Shown piece by piece: positions 51,010 through 63,453 of a stretch of DNA of 64,000 nucleotides (position 1 is its first letter; each line of letters starts with the position of its first letter). The notes under the pieces were generated by a model. That model made no database searches. It saw nothing but the letters and a program-made list of their open reading frames with translations, and was not told where the DNA came from. Source of the stretch: Lama guanicoe (taxonomy: Eukaryota); NCBI GenBank assembly GCA_013239625.1, contig MU054187.1, forward strand, positions 124,001-188,000, given 5' to 3'. Position numbers and translations under genes: made by a program.

Positions 51010-52965
51010 CTCACATGCCATAGCTATTCACCCTCTTAAAGTGTACAGTTCGACAGTTTTTATTATATTTACCAGGTTGTGCAGTCACAGCCATATGCTA
51101 ATATTAGACCATTTTGTGACCCCAGAAAGGAACCCCATACTAGATGCCTGCCACTCCCCTTCTCCCAGCCACAGCCACCGCTAATCTGCCATCTGTCTTT
51201 GTGCATTTGACTGCTTTGGGCTTTCGCGTAAATGGAGCCATACAATGTGTGGTCTCTTGTGACTGTCTTCTTTCACTTGGTTTAGTATTTAGTATTTTCA
51301 GGGTTCATCCCTGTGGTGATATGTATCATATTTAATTTCTTTTTATGACAATGATTTCATTGTATGGAGGGACCATATTTAGTTTACTTACTAGTTGATG
51401 AACATCTAGTTGTTTCTACTTTGGACTAATCGGAATAGTTCTGCTATGAACATCTGTGTACAGGATTGTTCTGTGGGTGTAATTTTTCAGTTTTATTGAA
51501 TATGTATCTAGGAGTGGAATTGCTGGGTCATATGGTAACTTTCATTCTTTGAGGAATTAAACTGTTTTCCAAAGAAACTGCACTGTTTTGTGTATGAGGG
51601 ATTGAGTTTCTCCGCATCCTCATTAGCACTTAGGATTGTGTTTTTTATTCTAGTCATCCTAGGGGTTATGAAGTGGCATCTCATTGTGTCTTTGATTTAC
51701 ATTTCCTTAAGGATTAATGATGTTGAACAGCTTTTCATGTGCTTCTTGGCCATTTGTATACTTTGGGGGATGCCTGTCTAAATCCTTTGCCCATTTTCTT
51801 AATTGGATTATTTGTCCTTTTTTGTTGAATTATAAGAGTTCTTTTTTTTTTTGTATACAAGTCTCTTATCATGTATATAATTTGCAGATATTTTCTCCCA
51901 TTCTGTGGGTGTTTTTTTTTCACTTTTTTAATAGTGTCCTTTGAAACATAAAAGTTCGTAATTTTGATGGTGTCCAGTTTTTCTTTTTGCTTGTTTGGTT
52001 GCTTGTGCTTTTGATGTTTTGGTGCTGTATCTAAGAAATGTTGCCCAATCCAAAGTTATGAAGGTTTTACTCATGAACTTTCTCCTGAGTGTTTCACAGT
52101 TTTCACTCTTACATTTGGGCCTGTGATCCATTTGAGTAATTTTTGTGTACAGTGTGAGGTGGGGGGTCCAGCCTCATGCTTTTACATGTGTGTATCCAGG
52201 TGTCCCAGTTTGCTAAAAAGACGGTTGTTTCTCTGTGGAATTTTCTTGGAACCCTTGTCAGAAATCAATTTGCCGTAAATACAAGTGTTTTTAGACTCTG
52301 GGTTCTTGTCCGTTGCTCTATATGCATGTCTTTTACCAGCACCACAATGATCTTAATTACTACAACTTTATAGTAGATCAGGGAGTGTCAGTCCTTTAAC
52401 TTTATTTTTCAAGATTATGTTGGGAATTCTGGGTCTCTTATATTTACATATGAATTTTAGAATCAGCTTGTTAATTTTTATGTCTTTTGCAGTGAACCAG
52501 TTGGGTTTTTGATAGAGGTTATATTGAATCTGTATGTCAATTTGAAGAGAATTACCATCTTATCAATATTTAGTCTTTCGGTCCATAAACATGGGATGTC
52601 TTTTCATTTAATTAGATCTTTGACTTATTTCAGCAGTGATTTTGTATAGTTTTCAGTCTCCAAGTCTTGCACTTATTTTGTTAAATTTATGCCTAAGTAT
52701 TTCCTTTTTTATGCTGTTATAAATGGAATTGGTTCCTTAATTTCACTTCAGATTGTTTATTGCTAATGTATAGATATGCAAGTGGCTTTATATATTGACC
52801 TATATTCTGAAGTCTTGTTGAGTTCGATTATTAGCTCTCGTAGTTTTTTAGTGGAGTCCTTAGGATTTTTTGTAAAATCATGTAATTTTTTGAATGAAGA
52901 TTGTTTTACTTCTTCTTTTCCAATCTGGAGGTATCTTATTTCTTTGTCTTTCTTAATTGCCCTTG
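51010..52965 (-). mobile_element. L1MB-like 3' UTR plus ORF2 remnant
   Basis: Antisense L1 text (ctaggagtggaattgctgggtcatatggtaac; tttacatatgaattttagaatcagcttg). Confidence 0.9.
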
Positions 52966-53184
52966 AAGTTCTCTTAATTCTCTTAAGGCAGAAAAATAGA
53001 AATGCTTATTTGATGCTGTGGTGCATGAACAGTCGCTCATCTTCCTACTCACTTTCCTCAGTGTCGTGAAGTCCTGCGCAGACTTCATTACCCAATCTTA
53101 TGCCACTTGCCCTGTGAAGTCTCCTGGAAATAGTCTCTTCCTCAGTATGGTAGAATGGGAAAAACAAATGCTGGAAAGCAGATA

Positions 53185-53440
53185 AACGTTGGTTTGAATT
53201 TGAACTCTGCCACGTATTAGCTTTATTTTCTTGGTTAAAGATAGCCGGGTGGGTGGGTGGATGGATGGATGGATGGATGGATGGATGGATAGATGGATAG
53301 ATTGTCTTGACTCTCTTCATTTTCATAACGGCCCCATGCAGTTGGTACCCTTACTATCAGCCTTGTATGGTGGTTTTGAAGATTAAATATGATAATATTT
53401 ATAAAATACATGTCACCAAGTAGACAGCCTTAACACTTTC
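53185..53440 (+). mobile_element. MIR interrupted by a microsatellite
   Basis: ggtttgaatttgaactctgccacgtattagc...gttttgaagattaaatatgataat. Confidence 0.6.
53247..53302. repeat. (GGGT)n(GGAT)n compound tetranucleotide microsatellite
   Basis: gggtgggtgggtggatggatggat...agatggatagat. Confidence 0.95.
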
Positions 53441-54438
53441 TATAACTATTATAGTCCTTTGTATTGTAGTCAGGTATAGAGGTGTCAGTCTTCACTGAAA
53501 GGCTGTAAAACTTGCAGGTAAGGATTATGAGGGTTAGTATTTATTACTGCATCTTCTTCAAGTATTGTGTCTACTGTATATGTCCCTAAATGTATTTCAG
53601 TAGCCATATCTCTTTTTGGCATTTGTGATAGTTTGTCTTTGTGTATCATCTCTTCCTTCAGGATGGCAGAAAATGGGTTTGTTTTCCTACCCTTTATCTC
53701 ATTTTATTGGCCTCATGTCAGGTAACAACTAGCTGGTTGAAATTTTAAATGCTTTGGTGTAGAATCAGAGCTGTAGATATTTGAAAGTAGTTATGTTCAT
53801 GTTCTGTAAACACTGTAATACCAACCTGCTTGGTTTGATCCAGTTCATATTTGCAGCTAACATGTGCCTTGAACACATCTTCCTAATGAGCTTACTGATG
53901 GTATCAGACAGCAACAAGAGCTCCTGTGTTTGTTCTGTTTTACATATAAAACCAGTGCACACTTGAAGGAAAAAATCAAAAGCAACAACAGCCATGATCT
54001 GAATACAGACAATTTTGAAAATAAAATCTTTGTAACATTATGAAGATTCATAGCCAGGCGACTATGGTATGTGTATCCATAGTTCTAAGTTTGCATCTTA
54101 ATCTGGCCTTGGTGATTCTCCAGCGCCTGTTTGTTATCCATCAAGAATGGTTTCAAGGTGGCCCTATATAAGAGGCATGGAATTGTCTGCCTGTTCCTGA
54201 CTTCCTTCCCCTGGAAATTTTTGTCCCTAAAAGAGGTTGGAGACCTCTAATGGTCTGCACTCTGCCTTCCCATGCCTGCAGCTGTGATCTGGAGAGGTGT
54301 TGTGGTCACACCAGAACTTTCCCGTGAGCCAGACCACAGCTCTGGAACATGTGCTCTGAGAGCACAGCGCAGGGCAGAGCGGTGGGGGACCGTCTGCAGG
54401 GGCAGCCACATTGCAGGCACAGCCCCACGGGTCTCTAC

Positions 54439-54518
54439 AGCTGGACACACAGACGGTGAGAGCATGTGTGACACCCAGAGCCGGACGCACAGATGGTGAG
54501 ATCGTGTGTGACACCCAG
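54439..54518. repeat. 40-bp tandem duplication
   Basis: agctggacacacagacggtgagagcatgtgtgacacccag / agccggacgcacagatggtgagatcgtgtgtgacacccag. Confidence 0.9.
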
Positions 54519-56559
54519 CTTGATTTCCGAGGGAGCTGGGTTGCCCAGCCTGTTGCCCCCTTTCTCCCTGTCTGCCTCTGTTGCGGGACCTCTTCTGCCC
54601 TGCCTCTCAGCTGCTACTGGGACCCAGAGCTCTTGGGGTGGCCAGCTAGCAGTCCTGGTTGGCTCACCCTCGTTGTGCTCACATCTTGGCCTTGCAGTTC
54701 TGATTAGCTTGAATCTAATCCTCCCCATGTGCCGCAGAGAACTACAGCAAATGTACCCTCCAAAGCCATTCTTCAGAAGAGAGAGACACTGTGATACTTG
54801 AACAGGGACTCTCGTTCTTCCCGCCCTGTCAGCCTGGCAGTGGTATAAATACACCTTCATGTTTATCTGCACAGATGCAAAAAGGGTATGACAAGGTACA
54901 GGGGTATCTAGACAGGTGCCTAACAGTGAGAATAACGTCCAGGTCCTGTGCATTCACTGGTACTTGTCAGCGCTTCAATCAGCCCGTTCATTTGTTTGAA
55001 ATTTCACTTCTCCCTTTTAACCATCTGAGGTCAGGACTGTGACTCCCCTGGTTTTGGTGCAGGACCTTGAGGGTGGTGGACACGTAACAGAATGTGTGGA
55101 CGGGGAAGGAGTGGCGAGTGGGAAGCTGAGGGGTGGTGTGAGGCTGTGTTGCCTCTTCACTCAGGACCGGCCCGGCCACATGTGTGGTCACTCCTCTGCG
55201 GAGACCGGCAGGGAGGCTGAGAGGCTGGGATCACCAGGAGCACTCTGCTCTGGAACGACAGAAGATAAGCATCCACCCGGGTGCTGGGTGGATGTACAGG
55301 AGCAGAAGAGGGGCCTCTTGGGAGGTGGCAAGGGAGGAAGAAGAGCTGCTCTAGAGTGAGGGTATTTATAAGGAGAAAAAAGAATCCAGTTGAGAATGAC
55401 TGAAGGGGTTTAAAGCATTAGTTACAATTAATGCAGAATTAAGAGAAATCAAGAAAAAAATCAGTCAGCCACAGGTAGAAGATGAAAGGATGAAAACATT
55501 TAACCCAAAAAGAAACTTAATTACCTGAGGAGGAAGCTCAGAATTAAAGAAAGAAGGTCTGAGTTGTGCAGGGAAGCGGGTAGGGAGGCTCCCAGATCTG
55601 GAGTAGCTCTGACGGTCTCAGAGCTGCTCTGGGGGTCCTGGCTGTGTGCTGGCCTGTCCTTCCTCTCCTGCTGAGGACTCTTGAGTGCGGGGGTCAGAAG
55701 CTCTTGCAGGAGGGAACAGGCAGAGAAGACCAGACTGTGTTTGTACGTCGAGGGTGTAAGAGAAGAGTGAAGTAAAGGTCAGGGTCTCCCAGTGTCTCAC
55801 CACTTACACAGACATTTGGGAAAAACAGAGGTGACTTAGGCAGCCCTGCATCAGGAGCCTTGGCACACCGATGCACTGTAGTAACACAGTCTGTGCAGGA
55901 AACCCACAGACATTCCTGAAGTCCTGTCTTTCTGTGAGCTGTAGAAAAGTGGAAAACTGCAGTGACAGCAAAGATACCAGTAAATCTTACTGTTAAATAT
56001 CTTTAAAGCAAGTAATTATAGTTTTTATTCTGCTCATTAATGCATCATCTGCTCTTCAGGAAAGACTAGAATGAGATTCCCTGAAATGATGTACTTTGCA
56101 CAAGGGTTGCTGTATTCTTGGTAGCAAGTGTCATTCATCATGGTGGATTGTCTGCCAATGTACCTTTATATTTAAGTTTTGAATTTCTTCCAGGTGCTTC
56201 CTGAAGAAGAGTGTCTGGTGTCTGTTTTGGGGTGGCTGGAAGGTGGGGGAGAGTCTGGCCCAAGGATTGCAGGACAGCGATGAAGCCCCATTCCAGGGGC
56301 TCTGTGCCTTTCTCCCTGGCCGTGCTGCAGGCTTCTGCTTGGAGAGAGCACGCTCTGAACTTCCAGTGCAGACAGCACAGAGAATGCGCACTTGCACAGG
56401 GACATTCACAAGTGCGCCTATGAATAGACTTCCTGGACGTGTGCATGAGGAGAGGCTATTCCCTGTCACTACCTGGGGAGGAACTGGACGTGGGGGCCGG
56501 TTCCCTGAATGTCTGTTAGAACATGTGGATTTTGGGTGCACACATCACCTTTTCTTTAA

Positions 56560-57510
56560 AACTTTTTTTTAAATTGAGGTGAAATGCGCATAGCATAAAA
56601 TTAACCATTTTACGGTGCATAGGTCTGGTATTTAGCATATTCACAGTGTTGTGTAGCCACCACTTGTGTTTGGATCCAGCATATTTTCTGCACCCACTAA
56701 TAGTCCCCGGTAAACCTCCCCGCCCCCGCCAGCCCCTGGTCACCACGAGTCTGCTTTCTGGACATCTTATGTAAGTGGACCATACGGTGTGTGGGCTTTT
56801 GTGTCTCGTGTCTCACTCAGCATCACGTCTTCAGTTAGTCCATGTTGGGGCCTTTCTATTTATGGCTGAATAATATTCTGTAGTATAGATGTATCAAATT
56901 TTGTTTATCCTTTCATCAGCTGATGGACATTTGGGTTGTTTCCACTTTGAGGCTGTTATGAATAATGCTACTGTGAACATCTTTCTAGAAGTCCTTCTAT
57001 GGATGCATGTTTTCATTTCTCTTGGGTGTATTCTCAGGAGTAGAGTTGGTGGGTTATATGGTAATTCTATGTTTAACTTTTTGAGGAACCACCAGAATAT
57101 TTTCTGCAGCACATGAACCATTTTATAGTCTTTCCAGCTATGTATGAGGGCTCCAGTTTCTCCACATCTTCACCAACACTTGTTACTTCTTTCCTTCTTT
57201 TACTAACAACTATTGTAAGTGGTTAAGAGATATTTTTACTTCTTCCTTTCCAATTTATTTGTCATTTGTTTCTTGTTTTCACGTTGCGGGCAGAATTTCC
57301 CCCAACGGTAAGTGGAAGTAGCAAGAGAAACATCTTGATCTTGCTCCTGTTCATAGGGGGAACGTTCATCTTTCACGATTGAGTCCGGTGTTAGCTGTGG
57401 GCTTTTCATATGTGCCCTTTGTCAGGTTGAAGAAGTGCCCTTCTGTTCCTAGTTTGTTGAGCGTTTTTATAATGAAAGAGTGTTGGGTTTTGTCAAATGC
57501 TTTTTCTGCA
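56560..57510 (-). mobile_element. L1MB-like 3' end with internal deletion joining ORF2
   Basis: Antisense ORF2 C-terminus WWFLKKLNIELPYNP..MFTVALFITASKWKQPKCPS. Confidence 0.88.
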
Positions 57511-57724
57511 TAGCCTAGTCCCACCTTTTTTGAATTATACGTCATATGTTCAGAATCAGAGAATAACTAACGTGGCGATTCTTAGTAGAGAATGTGTTGT
57601 AACCACATTGCTAAAATAATTGCTTTGAACCATCAGGTTATAGAACTAGTTCAATTCTACTTGATCCTTCTTTGCAGTCATATTCTCTGTAATGAGAATT
57701 TACAAACATGTACTTATCTTTAGT

Positions 57725-58335
57725 TTTTTTAAAATTGATTTTAATAAACCTTTTAATTTAGGATAGTTTTAGATTTACAAAGACAATGTGGAGAGCTTCT
57801 GTTTACTCCATACCCAGTTTCTCCTATTTTTTTTATTGAGGTAGAGTTGATTTACAATATTAAACATGTTTCAGGTGTGTTTCCCCTATTTTTTGACATA
57901 TTATACTATTATGATACACAATTGTTGAACCAATATTGATACTATTATTCTTAACTGAGACTTATGCTTTATTCAGATTTCCTCAGATTTTCCCTAATGT
58001 CCTTTTTCTGTTCCAGGATCCCATCCCTGGACCACGTTACATTTAGTTGTTATGTCGTCTGAGGCTACTCTAGGCTGTCAATTTCATAGATATTCTTTGT
58101 TTTTGGTGACCTTGCCAGTTTTGAGGATAACTGGCTAGGTATTTTGTGGAAGATCCCTTAGTTTGTGTTTTTCTGACATTTAGACACGGGTTTGAAGAGG
58201 CAGGTGGCAAGGTGAGGGCCGTTTCCACCACGTCACACCGGGGGTGCTTCCTTTTGACCCGCCCTGCCCGTGCTGTTGTTGAGCTCGATTACTGGCTGAG
58301 GTCATGCTTATCCGCTTCTACACTATACAGTTAGT
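57725..58335 (-). mobile_element. L1MC-like 3' UTR
   Basis: gttttagatttacaa...ttccctaatgtcctttttctgttccaggatcccatcc. Confidence 0.8.
57827..57878 (-). mobile_element. ~50-bp extreme 5'-truncated L1 3' end
   Basis: ttttattgaggtagagttgatttacaatat flanked by 15-bp TSD gtttctcctattttt / gtttcccctattttt. Confidence 0.75.
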
Positions 58336-59734
58336 TTCTAAAAAATCAATTTATATTTGCACTCTTGTTTGGTAATATCCCGGGGTCAAAGCTGGACCCA
58401 CACTATTACTCCCTTGGTACCTAAGAGAGTCTGAAGCTAGAGCTTTTGTGACTTTTACAAGCTCAGAGCCAAATTGCCAAGTTGTCTCTGAAGTTATTTA
58501 TTATTGGTGTGCACATCCACATTGCAAGTACAGGGTTGAGGGGTGAGGAGAGCATTGAAAGACCCACTGTCTCCCTTTGGTAGGGTCCGGTGGACGCAGT
58601 AGGCCTGTGTCCACACAGGGGTGAACAGCAAGGCAGACAGAGGTTGTGTTCAGTGCACAGACCCCATCTCACACCTTCTGCAGCCCGTCACCCTGCAGTG
58701 CAAAAAGTAGCATCAGCAGGAGAGAAAACAGAGCCCCTGTCGTAAAGTAACCACATGCTCCAAAGTCACCTACACACCCAGACTGGGCCTGGGCAATACT
58801 GGATGCCATGTCGGAGCAGGAGACACTAAGGTGAGTGTCAGGCCTGTGTCCGGGCATCTGTGCATACACTCTCGGGGCCAGGAAGCTGCGAGGTTGACAT
58901 AGGCAGAGCCTTGCCCTGGTCCTCGGAAACTGTGACATCTTCAGGGTGCATGATGTCCTCAGAGACTCCCTTTAGGCCACAGTGGACCTTAATGTAAAAG
59001 TTGAGTGTGTGGGGTGAGGACCTCTGACGGCAAGAGATCACCACAGAGTTACAGGCTTTCATATTGTGGTTCGTGTTTGCATCAGAATCCCTCCCATATG
59101 TCTTTTCTAGTTGATTTGTCCAGCTGGGCATTCTTTAAAATTAATAATATATCTTCCTTTTCTTTATCTTCTACAGAAGTGTAGCTATCACTGATGTTCT
59201 TTCTCGTCATCCAGTTCGCCCAGAACAACTTAGCTGCTCTTACTCAGTCTTAAAGGAAAACCAAACTGAATGTATCAAAATCTTAACCACTTGTACTGTT
59301 TTTTTTCCTTCTGGTGCATAAACTCAAACTATAATAAAATACTGCCAGGGATGGTAGGCTGCACAGTGAACATTTTCTCAATTTTAGCAGGAGTTAATTT
59401 TTCTTTATATAGCTGCATTTTTAATAATTTAATTTTATAAATATAAACTCTCAAAAATATTAGTATTTTGTTTTGATGTAAACATAAGATAAATGTGTTA
59501 CTTTTTCATAATTACCTGTGAAGCTATTTATTACTCTACACAGGTGTTACTTTTTTTTTTAATCCATACATGTTGTTTTGTATAAGATTTTTTTTACAAA
59601 ATAGGTGCTGTTTAACACTTTGAGGTAAGAGCAACTAAGTGAATGACTTTAAAAGTAATGGGTATTATGTAATCCATTGGTCTTCAGCTTCATTTATGAG
59701 GACTTACAATTTAGTTTAGGAGCCATCTCAGTGT

Positions 59735-60050
59735 CAAAAGTGGAGTACTGTGCTGTCATTTAAAAATAAGGAGTGTGGATGCTCTTCCTGTATTAATATG
59801 GAATGATCTTCAGAGTGTACTGTTAAGACAAATGAACCAAGTCCAAAACAATATACAAAATGTACTACCATTTGGTTAAAGCGTTTGGGGATGCAGTATG
59901 CATTTAAGTGCTTTATATGCATAAACTGTCTCTGGAAGACCCACAAGGAGGGGTAACTTTAGTTGTCCAGGAGGATAACTGGGTGGTCCAGAAAGGAAGG
60001 AGAGGTTTGAATTTGAACTGTGTGAATGTGTTATCTATTTTAAAATAAAC
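59735..60050 (+). mobile_element. L1ME-like 3' UTR
   Basis: tggagtactgtgctgtcatttaaaaa...tctggaagacccacaag...gtgaatgtgttatctattttaaaataaa. Confidence 0.7.
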
Positions 60051-60629
60051 CCTTGTGATAAATTATCTAAAACAAAAGTGAGGGCCAGCTTTAGGTGTTG
60101 TTAATGGTTGAACCTCACTTTCATTTCTTCTTAATCATGGAGTCAACTCTGTGTGCTCTAAGACACACTCATGCAGATGGCTCTGAATATTTCTTTCCAG
60201 GCAGTAGTAGTATTCAGCTTTGGTTTGGTTAATTTGTGTTTCTGGGTTTCCATGTCTTTTAATACAAATGTTACAGAATCATGGAGTCTTGAGAGTTGGA
60301 TTGGCCCTGAGTTACCAGTAGTGGCTCATTGACTTGTTGATGTAGTCTCGGCTGCAGTGGGTTTGCACGATCTGGGGGCAGACACACTGCCTGCCCCAGC
60401 CATTCATGCACTTGAGGTCCTCACACCAACAAAGATCTCTCCTAAATCTGTCTTACTAGATCTTCTAACCCTTGGAACTGGTGGTTCCTCTCAGGGTTGT
60501 GTGGTCTTGATCTATCTGCTTTTTTACATGGCAGCCCTAAATATGCATTTACACACAAAGTACCTGCTTCTCATCATAATCGTACTTGTTCTTCTGCTTT
60601 GGAGCCTGCCAAGTTGCTGGTGAGCTTCT

Positions 60630-60790
60630 CTGTCCTTGCCTTTGGAGTTGATTTTTTGGACCCAAATGCAACACCTTATATTTATATTTCTCTTTGTTAA
60701 ATTGCATTTTGGCAGATTCAGCCCATGAACTGATTTATTGTTTTAATCCTGATTCTGTCATCTAAAAATTGCATTATTTCTCCCCTACTT
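60630..60790 (-). mobile_element. CR1/L3 fragment
   Basis: ttttttggacccaaatgcaacaccttatattta...ttaaattgcattttggcagattcagccca. Confidence 0.55.
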
Positions 60791-61184
60791 TCTTTTTTAA
60801 GACTTTTTTTTTAAGAGAAGTTTCAGGTTTACAACAAAATTGGAAGGTACAGAGATTTCCCATGTACCTCTTTCCCCACACACATATAGCCTCTCCCATA
60901 TTGACATCATTCACCAGAATGATACCTTTTTTTTAAAATCAGGAACGAACCTACATTGACACATCATAGTCACCCAAAGTCCATAGTTTACATTGGGGTC
61001 CACCCTTGGTGATGTACATTCTGTGGCTTTAAACAAAAGTAAAATGATGTATATCCATCATTATGATATACAGAATACTTTCACTGGTCTAAATATCCTC
61101 TGTGCTCTATCTCCTCTGCCACACTCCTGACAACCACAGTCTTTTGCTGTCTTCACAGTTTTGCCTTTTCCAGAATGCCACATA

Positions 61185-61318
61185 CAGTCTGCCCCTCTGT
61201 ATCTGTGGGATGTGGAACCCATATACAGGGGCCAGCTCTACCATGTCATCTTACATGAGAGACCTGAGCATCTGCAGATTTCGGTATCTGTGGGGGTCCT
61301 GGAACTAAGGGACAAATC
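61185..61318. mobile_element. Internally deleted MER2/Tigger-type MITE
   Basis: TA-cagtctgcccctctgtatctgtggg...tgagcatctgcagatttcggtatctgtgggggtcctggaac...-TA, inserted at a TA in the L1 3' UTR. Confidence 0.8.
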
Positions 61319-62737
61319 TAATTGGATTCAGACAGTATGTACCCTTTTCAGATTGGATTCTTTCATTTAGTCATATGCATTTAAGGTTCCTCTATGTCTT
61401 TTCATGGCTGAATGGTTTCTTTTTAGCACTGAATAATATTCCATTGTCTGGATGTGCCAGTTTATCCATTCACCGACTGGAGGATGTCTTGGTTGCTTCC
61501 AGGTTTTAGTAATTATGAATAAAGCTGCTATAAACATTCATGTGTAATCCTCCAGCTTTGTTGTTCTTCAATATTTTGTTGGCTATTCTAGGTCTTTTGC
61601 ATGTATATATAAACTTTAGAGTCAATTTGTCAACATCCACAAAATAACTTGCCAGGATTTTAATTGTGATTGCATTGAATCTATAGATCAAGTTGAAAAA
61701 AACTGACATCTTGACAAAACTGAGCCTTGCTGTCCCTGAACATGGAATATCTCTCGTTTTATGTATTTCTTTGATTTTACTCATCAGAAATGTGTAGTTT
61801 TCTTCATGTAGATCTTGTAATAAATTACTATACCTAAGAATACCTAAGCATATCTAAGTATTTCATCTTGGGGGTGTTAACGTAAATGGTATGGTATTTT
61901 TAATTTTAAATTATACTTATTATTGGTATATAGGAAAGCAATTGACTTCTGCATATTAACCTTGTATCCTGCAACCTTGCTATAATCATTTATTAGTTCC
62001 AGGAGTTTTTTGGAACTTTTACATAGATGATCATGTCATCTGCAAACAAAGACAGTTTTATGTGTTCCTTCGCAATCTGTATACCGTTTACTTCCTTCTC
62101 TTATGTTATTGCATTAGCAGTACTTCCAGTATAATGTTGAAAAGGAGTGGTGAGAAGGGACACCCTTGCCTTTTACCTGTTCTTAGTGGGAAAGCTTCTA
62201 GCTTCTCATTGTTGAATATGACTTCAGCCGTAGGTTTTTTGTATAGTCTTCATCAGCTTGTAAAGTTTCCCTCTATTCCTAGTTTACTAAGAGTTTTTAG
62301 CATGAGTAGGTGTTAAATTTTGTCAAATACTTAGCCTACATGTGTTGATATGATCATGTGATTATTCTTTTTTAGTTGTGATGTATTACATAAATTGACC
62401 TTCAAATGTTGAAACAGCTTTGCATAACTGGGATAAATCCCACTTGGTGATGGTATAGAATTCCTTTTACACATTGTTGGTTTGATTTGCTAATATTTTG
62501 TTGAGGATTTATGCATCTTAGAATCATGGTGGTTCGTAGTTTTCCTTTTTTGTACTATCTTTGTCTGGTTTTGGTATGAGGGTAATACTGGCCTCATAGA
62601 ATAAGATAGGAAGCACTCCCGCTGCTTCTACCCTCTGAGAAAGATTATAGCCAGTTGATATAATTTCTTCCTTAAATGTTTGGTTAAATTCACCAGTGAA
62701 CCCATCTGAGCCTGGTGCTTTCTGTTTTGGAAGATGG

Positions 62738-63453
62738 TTTTTTTTTTTTTACATTTTTTTATTGAGTTATAGTCATTTTACAATGTTGTGTCAAATTCCA
62801 GCGTAGAGCACAATTTTTCAGTTATACATGAACATATATATATATATTCATTGTCACATTTTTTTCTCTGTGAGCTACCATAAGATCTTGTATATATTTC
62901 CCTGTGTTATACAGTATAATCTTATTTATCTATTCTACATTTTGAAATTCCAGTCTGTCTTTTCCCACCCCCCCTCCTTGGCAACCACAAGTTTCTTTCT
63001 ATGTCTATGAGTCTGTCTCTGTTTTGTATTTATGTTTAGTTTTGGTTTGGTTTTTTTTTTTAGATTCCACATACGAGAGATCTCATATGGTATTTTTCTT
63101 TCTCTTTCTGGCTTACTTCACTTAGAATGACATTCTCCAGTAGCATCCATGTTGCTGCAAGTGACATTACATTGTCGGTTTTTATGGCTGAAGAGTATTC
63201 CACTTATATTCCATATAAATATACCACCTCTTCTTTATCCAGTCCTCTGTTGATGGACATTTAGGCTGCTTCCATGTCTTGGCTATTGTAAATAGTGCTG
63301 CTATGAACATTGGGGTGCAGGTGTCATTTTGAAGTAGGGTTCCTTCTGGATATATGCCCAGGAGTGGGATTCCTGGGTCATATGGTAAGTCTGTTCCTAG
63401 TCTTTTGAGGAATCTCCATACTGTTTTCCACAGTGGCTGCACCAAACTGCATT
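62738..63453 (-). mobile_element. Young, probably lineage-specific 5'-truncated L1 nested in the older L1
   Basis: Well-preserved ORF2 C-terminus [58 protein letters not shown]; poly-T tail; perfect 14-bp TSD tgttttggaagatg at 62723-62736 and 63454-63467. Confidence 0.93.

Noticed and set aside
54435..54953. Longest ORF (172 aa, minus)
   Set aside because: No recognisable domain; it overlaps a 40-bp tandem repeat in GC-rich, stop-poor sequence.
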